NCBI GenBank assembly: GCA_977018835.1
Contig: OZ361258.1
Coordinates: 3,906,001 to 3,970,000, forward strand
DNA length: 64,000 nt
Direction of reading: 5' to 3'
Source: Minutocellus sp. GHC0000111
Taxonomy: Eukaryota
Part shown: in pieces, positions 38,099-49,497 of the stretch
Numbering within the stretch: position 1 is the stretch's first letter
How the letters are laid out: every line of letters starts with the position of its first letter
Position numbers and translations under genes: made by a program
Notes under the pieces: generated by a model
What the model was told of the DNA's origin: nothing
The model's database searches: none
Seen by the model: the letters and a program-made list of their open reading frames with translations, nothing else

Positions 38099-39803
38099 AT
38101 GGCGCCGACCATCAAAGAAATTTACAACGCCAGGGCTCCTCCCTTGTGGAATGCATTGTGAGTTTTCGACGTCGATCTGCCGGTCTCTGCCTGTGCCTAC
38201 TTTTGTGTTGTGCCTACTTTTGTTGTTGCCTTCTTATTGGTGGTATTGTTCCTTCTCGCAATCACTGGAACTCACTCACTCACTCATCTTGCTCATCGTG
38301 CCCTCCCATTCTCAATCTTCAGATGCTGCCCAATCGTCATAACAATTGGCAATCTCGTCCGCTCTATCAACATCTACCTCGTACCATGCCTAAGGGTTCT
38401 TGCATTCCGTTTCGTCCACGCAGTGTGGAGATATATGTTCTGCTGCTTCAGCTGGCCCTACGAGGACGAGACGTTCATCGGGGCGGCAGCACTGGGCGAC
38501 CACTCCAAGAACGATCCTCGAAAGCCGACGGCGGCGCAAATGGAGGCCGATACTGTTTGGATCCGAGCTCATGAGTTGAAGGCATTCAAGGGCAAGCGTC
38601 CGCAACTCTTCGAGGGGGAGATCGAGCCGAGCGATCTATGCCAGGGCGCCGTTGGCGATTGCTGGCTAGTTGCTGCCTTTGCTTGCGCTTCGGAATTCCC
38701 CGATGCCATTCGACGGATGTTTGTAACGCAAGAATACAACCCCCGTGGGCTCTACAAGGTGAAAATTTTCGACCCCATCAAGAAGAAATTCGTGGTGGTG
38801 ACGGTCGACGACAGGATCCCCTGCAAGAAGAAGACCAAGAAGCCTCGCTTCATGTCTCCCAATGGCAATGAGCTTTGGGCCATCATCCTGGAAAAGACCT
38901 ATGCCAAGTGGTGTGGAAGCTATGCAGCACTTGATGGCGGAGTGAGTATTTTTGAGTCGATAGTTTTTCATCTAGGTATGTATGAACGTGCGCAACTTTG
39001 GGCCTCGTCAGCTAACTAATTGCGCATTCGTAATACGGTACCTTTCTTGTTTTCATCTTTTTCAGTTCGTCTTGTGGGGCTGGCATAGTATGACGGGCGA
39101 CAATGTCTTTCAAATGAGTTTGGATCCTAAAGGTTGGATACGCGAAGACATGGTTGCAATCAAGGACAAGAAAGATAAGCGCGCCTGTGGGTTCCGAAGG
39201 ACCAAGGAGGTCTACAGTGAAGACCAGCTGTGGACGCTCCTGAAAAAGTATGACAAGCAAAAGGCACTAATGTCTGCCTCTATCGGAAAAATGGACTATC
39301 GCAAGAGTGATGGGCCGGCCGGCGAACAAATGCTTGAACGTGAGGGTCTCGTAGCCGGCCACGCGTATAGCATTATTCAGGCCCGTGATGTATCGGACGG
39401 GCCTCTTGGTTCGGGCCCTACCTACAAGCTCCTACAAGTGCGAAACCCTTGGGGGACTTACGAATGGAAGGGCGCTTGGGGCGACAGATCTTCGAAATGG
39501 AAGAAACACCCTGGCATTGCCAAGAAGCTCAATTTTGTAGCTGCTGACGATGGGGCCTTTTGGATGGAGGCTAAAGATTTCCTTCGTATTTACACTCGCG
39601 TTAACGTCTGTGACCGTACTACCACCAAGGACCATTCGCTTGACGTTAACGAGAACGACGGCAGCTGTGGCATTATCAAGGGATTTTTATGCGGTTGTGG
39701 TGAGTTCTGGTTGTGTTGCAAGGGTTTCCGCAACCTGTACTGTGCTCACCACACCACCGACGAGACACTCGATGCACAGGACAAGGCATGTTGCTTAGTT
39801 TGA
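38099..39803 (+). CDS. calpain-like cysteine protease (CysPc only); introns 38158..38322 and 38942..39065
   Basis: Catalytic triad motifs QGAVGDCW, GHAYS and RNPWG; VTVDDRIPC, ELWAIILEKTYAK; Cys-rich C-terminus. Confidence 0.92.
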
Positions 39804-39959
39804 ATATTTATTTTTGCGGTGATCGTCAACCTCCACGAAGGGTCACGTTTTGTGGTGCAACGACGAATCATCAACTCCATAACACTCGTGTAGGATTTCG
39901 TTAGTAGAGATAGGTAGAATTCGCGTGGTTATTACCTGTAGTATGTTAGAATTGCCTGC

Positions 39960-41770
39960 ACCGGTGCTTGTAAACACCATCGTCCATGGTCTCCCCGAAG
40001 GATTGACAGTGCCAAATCTGGGATTATGCCAAATTATATGTTATATAAAATCTAAACCTTCTGGGTACAAAGTCATTGCCGGAACCACAACTTCACCTCA
40101 AGTATGATCCATAGAAGGTGCACAAAGCTTCGGCAGAGGCTTCTTTCACTGAAAGGCCTCCAAGGATGACTTTACCTGTGGCATGGCTCCCGGGTGTCAA
40201 CTATGCCAAAATCTTGGTTTCCGGCCGTAGTAGAGATGTGGAATCTACACCTTCTGGGTACAAAGTCAAACATATAAGTGTATCTCTCCCTTAGATATCA
40301 CCCAGACAAGGTATCTAAGGCTCGGACGAAGGTTTCCTTCACTACTTGGGCCCCAACAACGACTATTATGGTCCCCGGGGGGTGACGATGGCAAAATCTG
40401 GGATACTGTGTGGAACAGAGGTACCAAAATCAAGGGAAGCGAGCCAGAATGCTCGCATAGATGCATCGCGCTACCTTGAGTGTCACTCAGAGAAGATATA
40501 CAAGCATGGACGAAGATTTCCTACACTACAGGGGTCGTAAAGGCAACAATTGTGGCTCCCGGGGGCCCAAGTTGCCAAAATCTGGGATTCTGGGTGGACT
40601 GGCGATATTGAAAATCAACCTTATGATCTCAATCTCGATAACAGAAGCATATCTTTACCTTGAGTATGATCCATAGAAACTTTTCAAAGCTTGGGCTGAC
40701 GTTTTCTTTCCTGCTTGTCTCTCATTGGTTGCCTATTACCACTGCCAGGGGCCAAAGACAGTAAAATAATAGGATTCTGGGCGAACATAAACTTGACCTT
40801 GTGTTTTCACTTTCAAGAACAGACCCATAGCGCTACCTTAGAAGCCATCCAGAGAAGGTATCTAAGGCTCGGGCGAAGGTTTCCTTCACTACTTGGGCCC
40901 CAACAACGACTATTATGGTCCCCGGGGGGTGACGATGGCAAAATCTGGGATTTTGGACAGATTAGAGATGTCACATCTAGCTTTTCTGTGTACAAAGTCA
41001 AACACAGAAGCATATCGTTCCTTTAGGTATCACCCAGAGAAGATATACAAAGCTTTGGCGTAGGTTTCATCATCTATTTGGGTCCCAAAGGCAACAATTG
41101 TGGCTCCCGGGGGTTGATGACGGCGAAATCTGGGGTTCTGGGCGGATTAAAGATGTCATGTCTAGCCTTCCCGTGTACAAAGTCAAACACAGAAAAACAG
41201 TTCTACCTTTGGTATCACCCAGATAAGGTGTACAAAGCTTGGACAAAGGTTTCAGTCTGTTTTTGACCTTCAAGGGTGACTAACATAGCTCCTGGGGGGT
41301 TAACGGCGACGATTTTTGAGAATCTGGGGGGACCGGCGACATAAAAAAATTAGCATCTTGATCTCAAACTCGATAACAGAAGCATAGCATTACCTTTGAC
41401 ATGGCCCACGGAAGCTTTTCAAAGCTTGGACTGAAGTTCTCTCTCCTACTTGCCTCTCGCGGTTGCCTATTACCTAGCTTGGTATCACTCCCGGGGGTCC
41501 GCGAGAGTTAAACCTGGGATTCTTGGCAGGATAGTAACTAATTAAACTTGACCTTTTGTGTTCAATTTCAACAACAGATCCATAGCGCTACCTTAGATAT
41601 ATATCCAAAGCTCATGGGAAGCCTCTCTCTCCATCTTGGCTCGTAAGGGTGCTTCTTATGTTTCTCTTTGGTCAATTTCTGGAAATGGAGAAAAATCTGG
41701 GATTCTGGTTGAGAGATGTCGGCGTGTCAAAACGTAATCAAGTGAGTCTAAACTCTAAGGCAGAAGCACA
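39960..41770. repeat. diverged tandem array of ~10 monomers of ~185 bp (satellite-like)
   Basis: An AAAATCTGGGAT-like motif recurs at ~40014, 40208, 40393, 40577, 40763, 40940, 41126, 41320, 41510 and 41691, usually preceded by C(T)CCCGGGGG. A ~95 bp block at ~40311 is nearly identical to one at ~40858. Confidence 0.85.
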
Positions 41771-42026
41771 GTATTGCGCGGCTATAACCCAATGAATGTG
41801 TTTAGAGGTTGGGCGATAACAAAAACTGCATAAACGTGCTCGTTCACGTAAACTTGGCAAAAAACAATGTCAGGGGGGCGAAAATGTGTCGGTCGTTCTG
41901 CCAGCGGACGGCGGGCAACTACCTGTTTGTACATGATACGCTTAGCCTTTTCCAAACTTCATTTAGATGCAATACGTAGCTAGGTACAACATGTAACTCT
42001 AGTTTGCATTTAGTTCTACAATGGAC

Positions 42027-44129
42027 TTATCGGATCGGCATCGAGATGGACCTTGTCGGTGTCATCCGCCCAAGCCCAACGGCCTTGGCTCCGGCATCCT
42101 TGGCGTGATAACTCACGCTGCTGATCCAGCTCCGTTTCACCACCATGCGAGCACAGAAGGCCAACGATACGAGGGCACCGACCAAGATGGCCACGTCGCT
42201 GTAGAGCATGCCCGAGTCCAAACTGGCGGCCCTGCCACCGGTGACGAGGTTGGTGGGGTAGACGTACCAGCTGCCCCCGTCGGGGGCCTTGTCGGCGCCG
42301 GCATTCTTGCCGTCGTGATTGAGCAGGTGCAGATAAGCCCCGAGGGTCCATTCGGCCGACGCGCCGCCAATCTCATCGGTAAAGTGGACGTTGTGGCCGT
42401 CCTCGGGGAAGCCAAACTTGGCCAGGAGGGTGGTGGCCAAACCGAGCTCCATGCACCGGAAGGCGACGCGATCTTCCCCGGGCAAGGCCTCGACGAGGTA
42501 GGGATACTCCCACGAACAGGCCGCGGTGGTCACGTCGCGCAACGTCCTGATGTCGGGGTTGTCCTCCTGCAGCTGCTTGTCGATCCGGTGCAGGTCCTTG
42601 TATTCCTTGCCCTTGGGAATTTTGCCGTCGTGATCGTCCTTGATCCTTTGGAGGACGTCGCGTGCAAAGTTGAGGGGATAGGAGAACAGCGTGAAGGCGA
42701 AGAAGGTTTCCTGGACGGGCGTTTCGATGCCCGGAGCGAGCAGGTCGACGCAGAACTGTCCGGGATCGCAGCTGCCCTCCGCGTTGCGTTCCATGACGGC
42801 ATCGAGATGTTCCATGCAGACTTGGCCCTGGCCGGTACCGACGTGAGTATATCCCGAGGGGAGGGTGACGGTGTATCCCGGTGGGTAGCAGGGATTGTCG
42901 ATGCTGCTATTGTCGGCTTGCGGATCGGCCTGCTTGTCCTCTTTGTCCTCGTCCTTTTTCTTCTTGTTGTTCTTCTTGAGCAGTCTCTGGGCCATGGCCG
43001 CTCGCCTTTGCATCGGTCGGAGGTTGGCCGCCTGCAACCTCCTCCTCCTCGTTCTCTGTCTGTTGTTTTGCGGCCGGTGCAGCTCCTCCAGATACGCATC
43101 GATCTTGTCCCTCATCTGGCTTCCGCCATATCCGAGCAGAGAGAGGGAGAAGAAGTCGTTGCGCGAGATGGATCTGCCACTGGTGGCACTGCCCATGCTG
43201 ATGGTGCCGTCGGCTTCTGGGGAGGCTCCGCGCAGCCCTCCCTCGAAGGGGGCGGGATCTGACGACGCCGCTAAGATACGAGGACGATTCCGGTTGTCCA
43301 TCCCGGCGGGAAGTTGCTGCTGGTATTGCAGATGGTTCTGATACTCCACGGCCTCCTGCAACCTCCGCCGATGGGAGGGACTTAGGGTCGACGAATCGAA
43401 CACAATCTGCGCCGAGGCCCCGCCGAGGTCCAAGGCGCCCAGCAGCGTCCGGTGATGGCTGTCGGCGTTGCCCTGGGCCGACCCCCTCTTGCTCCCGAAC
43501 CACGACAATCGGCGCTCCCGATCCCGATCGAGGTCGTTGCGATCCGGCAATCCGTCGCTGCCTTGTTCGGGCGCGGCGGGCAGAGTGACCAAATCGCTGC
43601 CAAGGACCCCACCCAGATAATTCACGGCGAGGGCGGCAAAGTACCCCTCGTCGGTCCCATCGATCGTGCCGAGATTCTCCCGCTCCACCTTGAAGGGCAC
43701 GACGTCCGGATGGGACCGCAACCCCGCGGCCAGCGCATCATAGATATCTTCTTGGAGCTGCGCGTCCAACAGCCGCATCCCCGCCGTCGCGTAAATGTAC
43801 ACGGGAGTGGCGGCGTGATGTTCCTCCGGAATCATTTGCAGAGCCGCCTCGAACGCCGGCAGGAGGTAGGTGGGGGCCGTTTCGGGGGTTTGCGCGGACA
43901 GTCCCGGTTTGATTTTGGGACCCTCTTGGATCTGGACCGCGTGCAGGTCGGTGGGGTTGGAACTGGTGTGCTGTCCGAAGGGGGGGAGGGAGTACACGTA
44001 GAGACGGGTTCCGGTGGAACCGGCGTCGCAGAGAATCACGTACGGTGAGGGATTGGCGGGAGGAGGAATAGCAGGAAGAGCAGCAGATGAACCATCGGGA
44101 GGAGGAGGCGGCGGCATTTCGGAGCCCAT
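42027..44129 (-). CDS. GDA1/CD39-family nucleoside diphosphatase (apyrase) with C-terminal TM
   Basis: Apyrase conserved regions DAGSTGTR, ATAGMRLL, IDGTDEG, GALDLGGASAQI and WTLG. Confidence 0.92.
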   Translation of the reverse strand: MGSEMPPPPPPDGSSAALPAIPPPANPSPYVILCDAGSTGTRLYVYSLPPFGQHTSSNPTDLHAVQIQEGPKIKPGLSAQTPETAPTYLLPAFEAALQMIPEEHHAATPVYIYATAGMRLLDAQLQEDIYDALAAGLRSHPDVVPFKVERENLGTIDGTDEGYFAALAVNYLGGVLGSDLVTLPAAPEQGSDGLPDRNDLDRDRERRLSWFGSKRGSAQGNADSHHRTLLGALDLGGASAQIVFDSSTLSPSHRRRLQEAVEYQNHLQYQQQLPAGMDNRNRPRILAASSDPAPFEGGLRGASPEADGTISMGSATSGRSISRNDFFSLSLLGYGGSQMRDKIDAYLEELHRPQNNRQRTRRRRLQAANLRPMQRRAAMAQRLLKKNNKKKKDEDKEDKQADPQADNSSIDNPCYPPGYTVTLPSGYTHVGTGQGQVCMEHLDAVMERNAEGSCDPGQFCVDLLAPGIETPVQETFFAFTLFSYPLNFARDVLQRIKDDHDGKIPKGKEYKDLHRIDKQLQEDNPDIRTLRDVTTAACSWEYPYLVEALPGEDRVAFRCMELGLATTLLAKFGFPEDGHNVHFTDEIGGASAEWTLGAYLHLLNHDGKNAGADKAPDGGSWYVYPTNLVTGGRAASLDSGMLYSDVAILVGALVSLAFCARMVVKRSWISSVSYHAKDAGAKAVGLGRMTPTRSISMPIR

Positions 44130-44756
44130 GTTTCTATTGAGCGTTTTGCGGCTGGTCCGGCTCTCTCTTTTATTATGAGAGAAGGGAAAGGTGCTGGAGC
44201 AAAGCCGACGAGGCAATACCAAGGTAACAACCTCCGAGTGGCGCAAAATTGCACAACACATGCTTTGGAGCAAGTCGCTTTCAAAAATTTCGGGGGTCAT
44301 TCGGAATTACGGGGGAAAGCAACACAAAAGACCGGGGAACAACTAAACATTCCCCTACTAAATTGGTGCAGCGCAAAACCCATCTTCGGAAGAAAGCGGT
44401 TTGCGGGAAAAGGTTTTGAGAAGTTGTGCAAATAATCCAAGAAAATTGCGTGGAAAGCCTCTCCCCAAAACTCCAAAAGACAACACGTCATCCTAAATTT
44501 CTTCCAAATGACATAATACCGAAAACTTCCGACGAAGTTTTGCGCAGAACCCGGAGACAATGCAAAAAGCGCCGGAACTTTGGTCAGCACGTCACCTCCA
44601 ACCTCTTCTTCCGACGCAGAAGTTTGGCTTCCGTCCTGCCGCGATCCTCACTTTTGCACGCCACAGACGCACTCATTTTTCAAAGAACCGAGACGGAAGC
44701 AAACCTCCTCTTCCCCAACTTCTCTTCTTCTTTTTATAGAACAACAATACCCAACC

Positions 44757-46624
44757 ATGGCCGACGTTGATACCGGAGCGGCCGTGAGTTTCATCTTGTC
44801 TTGTCTTCTATTGTATTGTACAGCTGGTATTGTATCGTCCTCGCGCGTGCAAGTTGCATTGACCGTCGAACGTTGCGAGAATGCGAATTGGATGGAACGA
44901 ATTGAATTGAATTGAGTTGAACAGAATGAGGGAACAACAATGTTCCTTTCTTTCTTCATTCAACACCATGCATTTCTCTCCTTCAATGCCTTCTGCAATG
45001 CAATGGCCGCGTCCCTCTTCTCGATCGCCGCTGCACTTCGTGGCACATGACGTGCCGCTCGGCAACTTGCATTTTTTTCTTTCTCAATTGCACGTTCTCA
45101 ATTGACGAATTGCAACGTGTCAATTCACTGAACTGAATTTGCACCTCTCAACATGATATACTCACATCAATACACCTCGCACCCCTCCCTCAAACAACTC
45201 TTCCTCCTCGCCTACTAATACAGCCCGAGCCCAAGAAGTACCAGACCTACGCCCTCGAGGTCGACCCCGACCAGGATGACAAGGCCAAGGAGATCAAGCT
45301 TTGCAACTTCTCCCGCCCTCACATGCGCGCCTTCCACTGCTCGTGGTGGTGCTTCTTCATCGCCTTCTTCATCTGGTTCGCCATCGCCCCTCTCCTTTCC
45401 GAGATCGGCCCCGACCTGGGCATCTCCAAGAAGGAGATCTGGACCTCCTCCGTCATCTCCGTCGCCGGAACCATCTGCATGCGTTTCGTCCTCGGCCCTC
45501 TTTGCGACAAGTACGGTGCCCGTATCCTTTTCACCATGGTCCTTTGCTGCTGCGCCATCCCCACCGCCTGCACCGGCCTCGTCAACTCCTCCACCGGACT
45601 CATCATCCTCCGTCTCTTCATCGGCCTCGTCGGTGGTACCTTCGTCATGTGCCAGTACTGGACCTCCCGCATGTTCACCAAGGAGGTCGTTGGTACCGCC
45701 AACGCCCTCGTCGGTGGCTGGGGTAACCTCGGTGGAGGTGTCACCCAGCTCATCATGGGCTCCGTCCTCTTCCCCCTCTTCAAGACCGGCATGTCCTCCG
45801 AGATGGCCTGGCGTACCGTTTCCATCGTCCCCGCCTTCATCGGCTTCATGTCCGGCGTCGCCGTCTACTTCATCTCCGATGACGCACCCAAGGGCAACTA
45901 CAAGGATCTCAAGAAGAACGGCCTCATGCCCGAGGTTTCCGCCGCCGCCTCCTTCCGCTCTGGCGCCCTCAACCTCAACACCTGGGTCCTCTTCCTCCAG
46001 TACGGATGCTGCTTCGGCGTCGAGCTCACCATGAACAACGCCGCCGCCCTCTACTTCAAGGATGCCTTCGGCCAGACCACCGAGTCCGCCGCCGCCATCG
46101 CCTCCCTCTTCGGCTGGATGAACCTCTTCGCCCGCGGTCTCGGCGGATACCTCTCCGACAAGGCCAACGCCCGCAACGGCATGCGCGGACGTCTTTGGAT
46201 CCACACCCTCCTCCTTCTCTTCGAGGGTGTCATGGTCCTCATCTTCGCCAACACCAACAAGCTCGGCGTCTCCATCTTCGTCATGGTCCTCTTCTCCCTC
46301 TTCGTCCAGGGTGCCGAGGGATCCAGCTACGGCATCGTCCCCTACGTCAACCCCCCCGTCACCGGTTCCATCGCCGGTATCGTCGGTGCCGGCGGCAACA
46401 CCGGAGCCGTCGGCTTCGGCATGACCTTCCGTCAGTTCGCACCCTCCTACCGTGAGCCCTTCATGATCATGGGCTTCACCATCATCGGTTCCTCCGTCCT
46501 CTCCCTCTTCATCCGCATCAAGGGTCATGCCGGCCTCATCTGCGGCGAGGACTCCGAGGAGGTCAAGAAGGCCAACGAGACCACCATCGCCGTCCCCGCC
46601 CCCGAGGAGGAGGCCGCCGAGTAA
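44757..46624 (+). CDS. NRT2: high-affinity nitrate transporter (NRT2/NNP, MFS); intron 44784..45223
   Basis: FSRPHMRAFHCSW, GPLCDKYGAR, CQYWTSRMF, ANALVGGWGNLGGG, YGCCFGVELT, FARGLGG, GIVGAGGN. Short exon 1 MADVDTGAA|PEPKKY. Confidence 0.96.
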
Positions 46625-47232
46625 ACATCCCATACCGGCGTTTATACAAACGGTCAAAAATTTTTGCACGCTACCCCTTCCACCCCCACGTATGTTTTGA
46701 CTCTCACTGACGGTGCTCAGTCCGCTCGATTGGGAAAGTTCGATTTTGATATTTTTAGAGAACGGTTCAAGAATAATTGCCGACGGTGGTCTGTTACAAT
46801 CGAAGCATACAATACCCGTTCTCTGTTTTTGTACAAAATAAAAGTGTAGATACATTTTTGAATGAAAGAGCATTGTGTATACTAATGTATTTGCATTTAA
46901 CCGTATGATCTATCTTTCGCGTACATAGGGCGAAGAAGCACATGGAATTAGACTATCGGTAGCTACGTCTGTCAGGTAGCCAGTCTTTGGCGAGAGATGG
47001 TACCGTATGACAAAACGCAGCCAACGCAGCCTTCATTCTTTCAAATAATAAGAGAGAAGGATCTATAGCAGTCACATTTTCATTACTTGCGCATACGATC
47101 GTATGTCGATGATCCACCTCTTTACAACATATCGATGTTTATTTTTACAAGAATGCACGACCCTAGATCTACGTGGTTTGTGGCAAGTACAGTCAGTACA
47201 GCTGTACATGTAACAGCAATCATGATGAGAAA

Positions 47233-47940
47233 CTATTGTTGAACAGTAATAGTCCATCTCTCGTTGCCGAGGCAGTGAGGGGCCTGGCTGACCGTACGGT
47301 TCCAGTGCTGAGATCTCCAGTATGTGTTGAATAAACTCTTGATCCCATATCTGCCTCCCACTGCCCTCTCGAGAGAGAACACTTGCAACAAACCAGGAGG
47401 ACCGGCTTCCGCTGTGTGAGGCGAATAGTTGTACCCCGCGCCTTCAAAGTTCTCCGTGCCAGTCGATCGATCGACAACGTACTTGACGACATCGGGAATC
47501 AGAGCCGGAAGAATTGGCGTGTGGGACAAGGCTTCGGCCGTTGCGTTACGAACATCGTCTCCGTACAACGTCACGCTCAGGTATCGATTCGAACCAACGA
47601 CGCGGAATGCTACGAGGAGGGAGTCGTCGTCCTCGCCGTTCACGTTACCACCACCAAAATTTTTCTTCTGCCTCGTTTCGATCCGAAGAGGAGTCCCTTT
47701 GCGCCAAGATGTACTGACGGTCGTCCGATCTTCAGGACTTACGCAGATTGTGCCTCCAACTCCTCCCACAATTACCGTACATCCGTCGAGGGCCCGGGCA
47801 AGATCAGTGCTACTTGGCGACGACTCTTCGGAGGAGTCTGAAGACTCGCCGTCAGAGTCAGAGGACGACGATTGTTCCGACATTTCAGAATCTTCTCTAT
47901 CGATGCGTCTTCTTGTTCTGTGGACATCATAGGGGGACAA
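47233..47940 (-). CDS. hypothetical protein
   Basis: 235 aa ORF with an acidic/Ser N-terminus and a globular beta-rich C-terminus (GRYGIKSLFNTYWRSQHW...APHCLGNERW); no family recognised with confidence. Confidence 0.5.
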   Translation of the reverse strand: MSPYDVHRTRRRIDREDSEMSEQSSSSDSDGESSDSSEESSPSSTDLARALDGCTVIVGGVGGTICVSPEDRTTVSTSWRKGTPLRIETRQKKNFGGGNVNGEDDDSLLVAFRVVGSNRYLSVTLYGDDVRNATAEALSHTPILPALIPDVVKYVVDRSTGTENFEGAGYNYSPHTAEAGPPGLLQVFSLERAVGGRYGIKSLFNTYWRSQHWNRTVSQAPHCLGNERWTITVQQ

Positions 47941-48137
47941 TGCTAACTACGTACAAAGAGCCGAGTGGTGCAATGAGCAATGAGACATTTGGCCCTGCTG
48001 GCAGGAAAAATGAGGCAGTTTGCAGGGCGCTTCGGAATGACGGTAAATTGACGGATTCTATTTTATCAGAAATCGAAAGCCGACCGATCGCCGGGTTTTC
48101 GCCCAGGGCGCAACCCACCCATCTCTCGCCCTCTCAT

Positions 48138-49136
48138 CTATGGACTCGTATCTGTCTCTGATGGTAATCTCGCATCTTGTGTACTATTCTCCTGCTGCAA
48201 CTGTTTGATTACCTCTTTGGCTTCCTCCCGGTCCTCTGGCTTCATATGCAAAACCGTGCAAGACCCATCCGTGGCTCTCTTGAGAAAGTGCCGTGCCTTT
48301 GTCTTATTCTCAGGAATGCCATACATTCCATATAAATGATATATCCCTACCTCATAGCATGCCAAATCTGATCCTGCTGCCGCCGCATAGAACATTTGGC
48401 ACGTGCCATAGGTCACATCGATTTCGGCACCACCCATTCCATGGATAAGAAAGTTCGCCGTCATTGCAATGCCGGCCGTGTTCATGGCATCGGCAGCCTT
48501 ACGATACCACTCGTAGGCCTTCTCTGCATTCTCTGCCAGACCCGACAGCCCATTTTCATACGCATTCCCCAAATCGTACATGGCGTCACCATCCCCGTCC
48601 TTTGCTGCTTCCTTGAGCTTTGTAATGTGTTCGTCATCTCCGGCCTTGTCGGCCCTCTCCCGCCATTCATCTGCCAGTTCTTGATTCTTCGGGAGGCCGT
48701 TTCGGCCATCCTTGTACCAGTGTGACAGTAACCCCATGGACTTGGCATCGCCACCCTCGGCCCTTTGTTGCGTTTCCAGCACATACTTGCTTTGTTTGTA
48801 GTGTTCCGCGAGCTCGCCAGAAATGGTGCCCGTCTCGACCAGCTTTTCGATGGCGCTCTTTACAGCATACGACGGTGCCAGGGACGGCCCCATCTTCTCT
48901 CCCGTTTTGGGAGATTTCAAGTTCTTGCCCTGGTGCTGGATGATGCGTTCAATTTCACTTCGTTCATAGTCGAACCCATCCTCGGCGCGGACGGGATTCA
49001 CGAGCAGTTCCAGCGTTATTGGGCACGTGAATTCCTCAGATACCGCGGCGCTGGTCGTCTTGGCCTTCTTCCGATGGCCCTCCAGCTCTTGCTCAAGCTC
49101 TCGAATACGCTTGGTTGGCGCCTTCTTGCTCGTCAT
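48138..49136 (-). CDS. U-box domain + Sel1-like repeat protein (putative E3 ligase)
   Basis: EFTCPITLELLVNPVRAEDGFDYERSEI...SPKTGEKM (U-box); AMYDLGNAYENG...AYEWYRKAAD (Sel1). Confidence 0.88.
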   Translation of the reverse strand: MTSKKAPTKRIRELEQELEGHRKKAKTTSAAVSEEFTCPITLELLVNPVRAEDGFDYERSEIERIIQHQGKNLKSPKTGEKMGPSLAPSYAVKSAIEKLVETGTISGELAEHYKQSKYVLETQQRAEGGDAKSMGLLSHWYKDGRNGLPKNQELADEWRERADKAGDDEHITKLKEAAKDGDGDAMYDLGNAYENGLSGLAENAEKAYEWYRKAADAMNTAGIAMTANFLIHGMGGAEIDVTYGTCQMFYAAAAGSDLACYEVGIYHLYGMYGIPENKTKARHFLKRATDGSCTVLHMKPEDREEAKEVIKQLQQENSTQDARLPSETDTSP

Positions 49137-49497
49137 CGTGCGTTTCCGCTGATTAGTTCCAATCAATATAATACTACCGGTAGTACAGGGTACACGATGG
49201 AATGGCACATATCATATCATGCACCGCGTGGCCGCACTGCGCCGCCGCCGCCCTAACCCTAACGCGAAAAATATCTGGGTCATCAGACTAACGTTTAAGA
49301 TGTCACGATGTCCCTCCCCCCCCCCCAAGCCAAGTGCTTCCAGTATCTCTAATGTTGCTTCAAAATGATTCTATATGAATGTTACTTGTAAAGATCTGTA
49401 ATATTTCCCCAACGAGAACGAACGGAGAAATGAATTCCCATCACCGGCACTTTCGAAAGGAAGGATGATGCTGTGAAACAAAATCTTCGAAGAAGTA

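Noticed and set aside
39960..41770. CRISPR array or coding ORFs in the repeat region
   Set aside because: Whole ~185 bp units are homologous and diverged, with no invariant short repeat and unique spacers. There are no cas genes and the context is eukaryotic. The short ORFs are repeat by-products, and the possible terminal inverted repeats were too weak to call a MITE.
42021..43262. 413 aa plus-strand ORF
   Set aside because: Antisense shadow of the apyrase.
45215..46873. 552 aa minus-strand ORF
   Set aside because: Antisense shadow of the strongly codon-biased NRT2.
49251..49263. CCCTAACCCTAAC telomere-like motif
   Set aside because: Only two units; compatible with chance or a telo-box and not evidence of a telomere.
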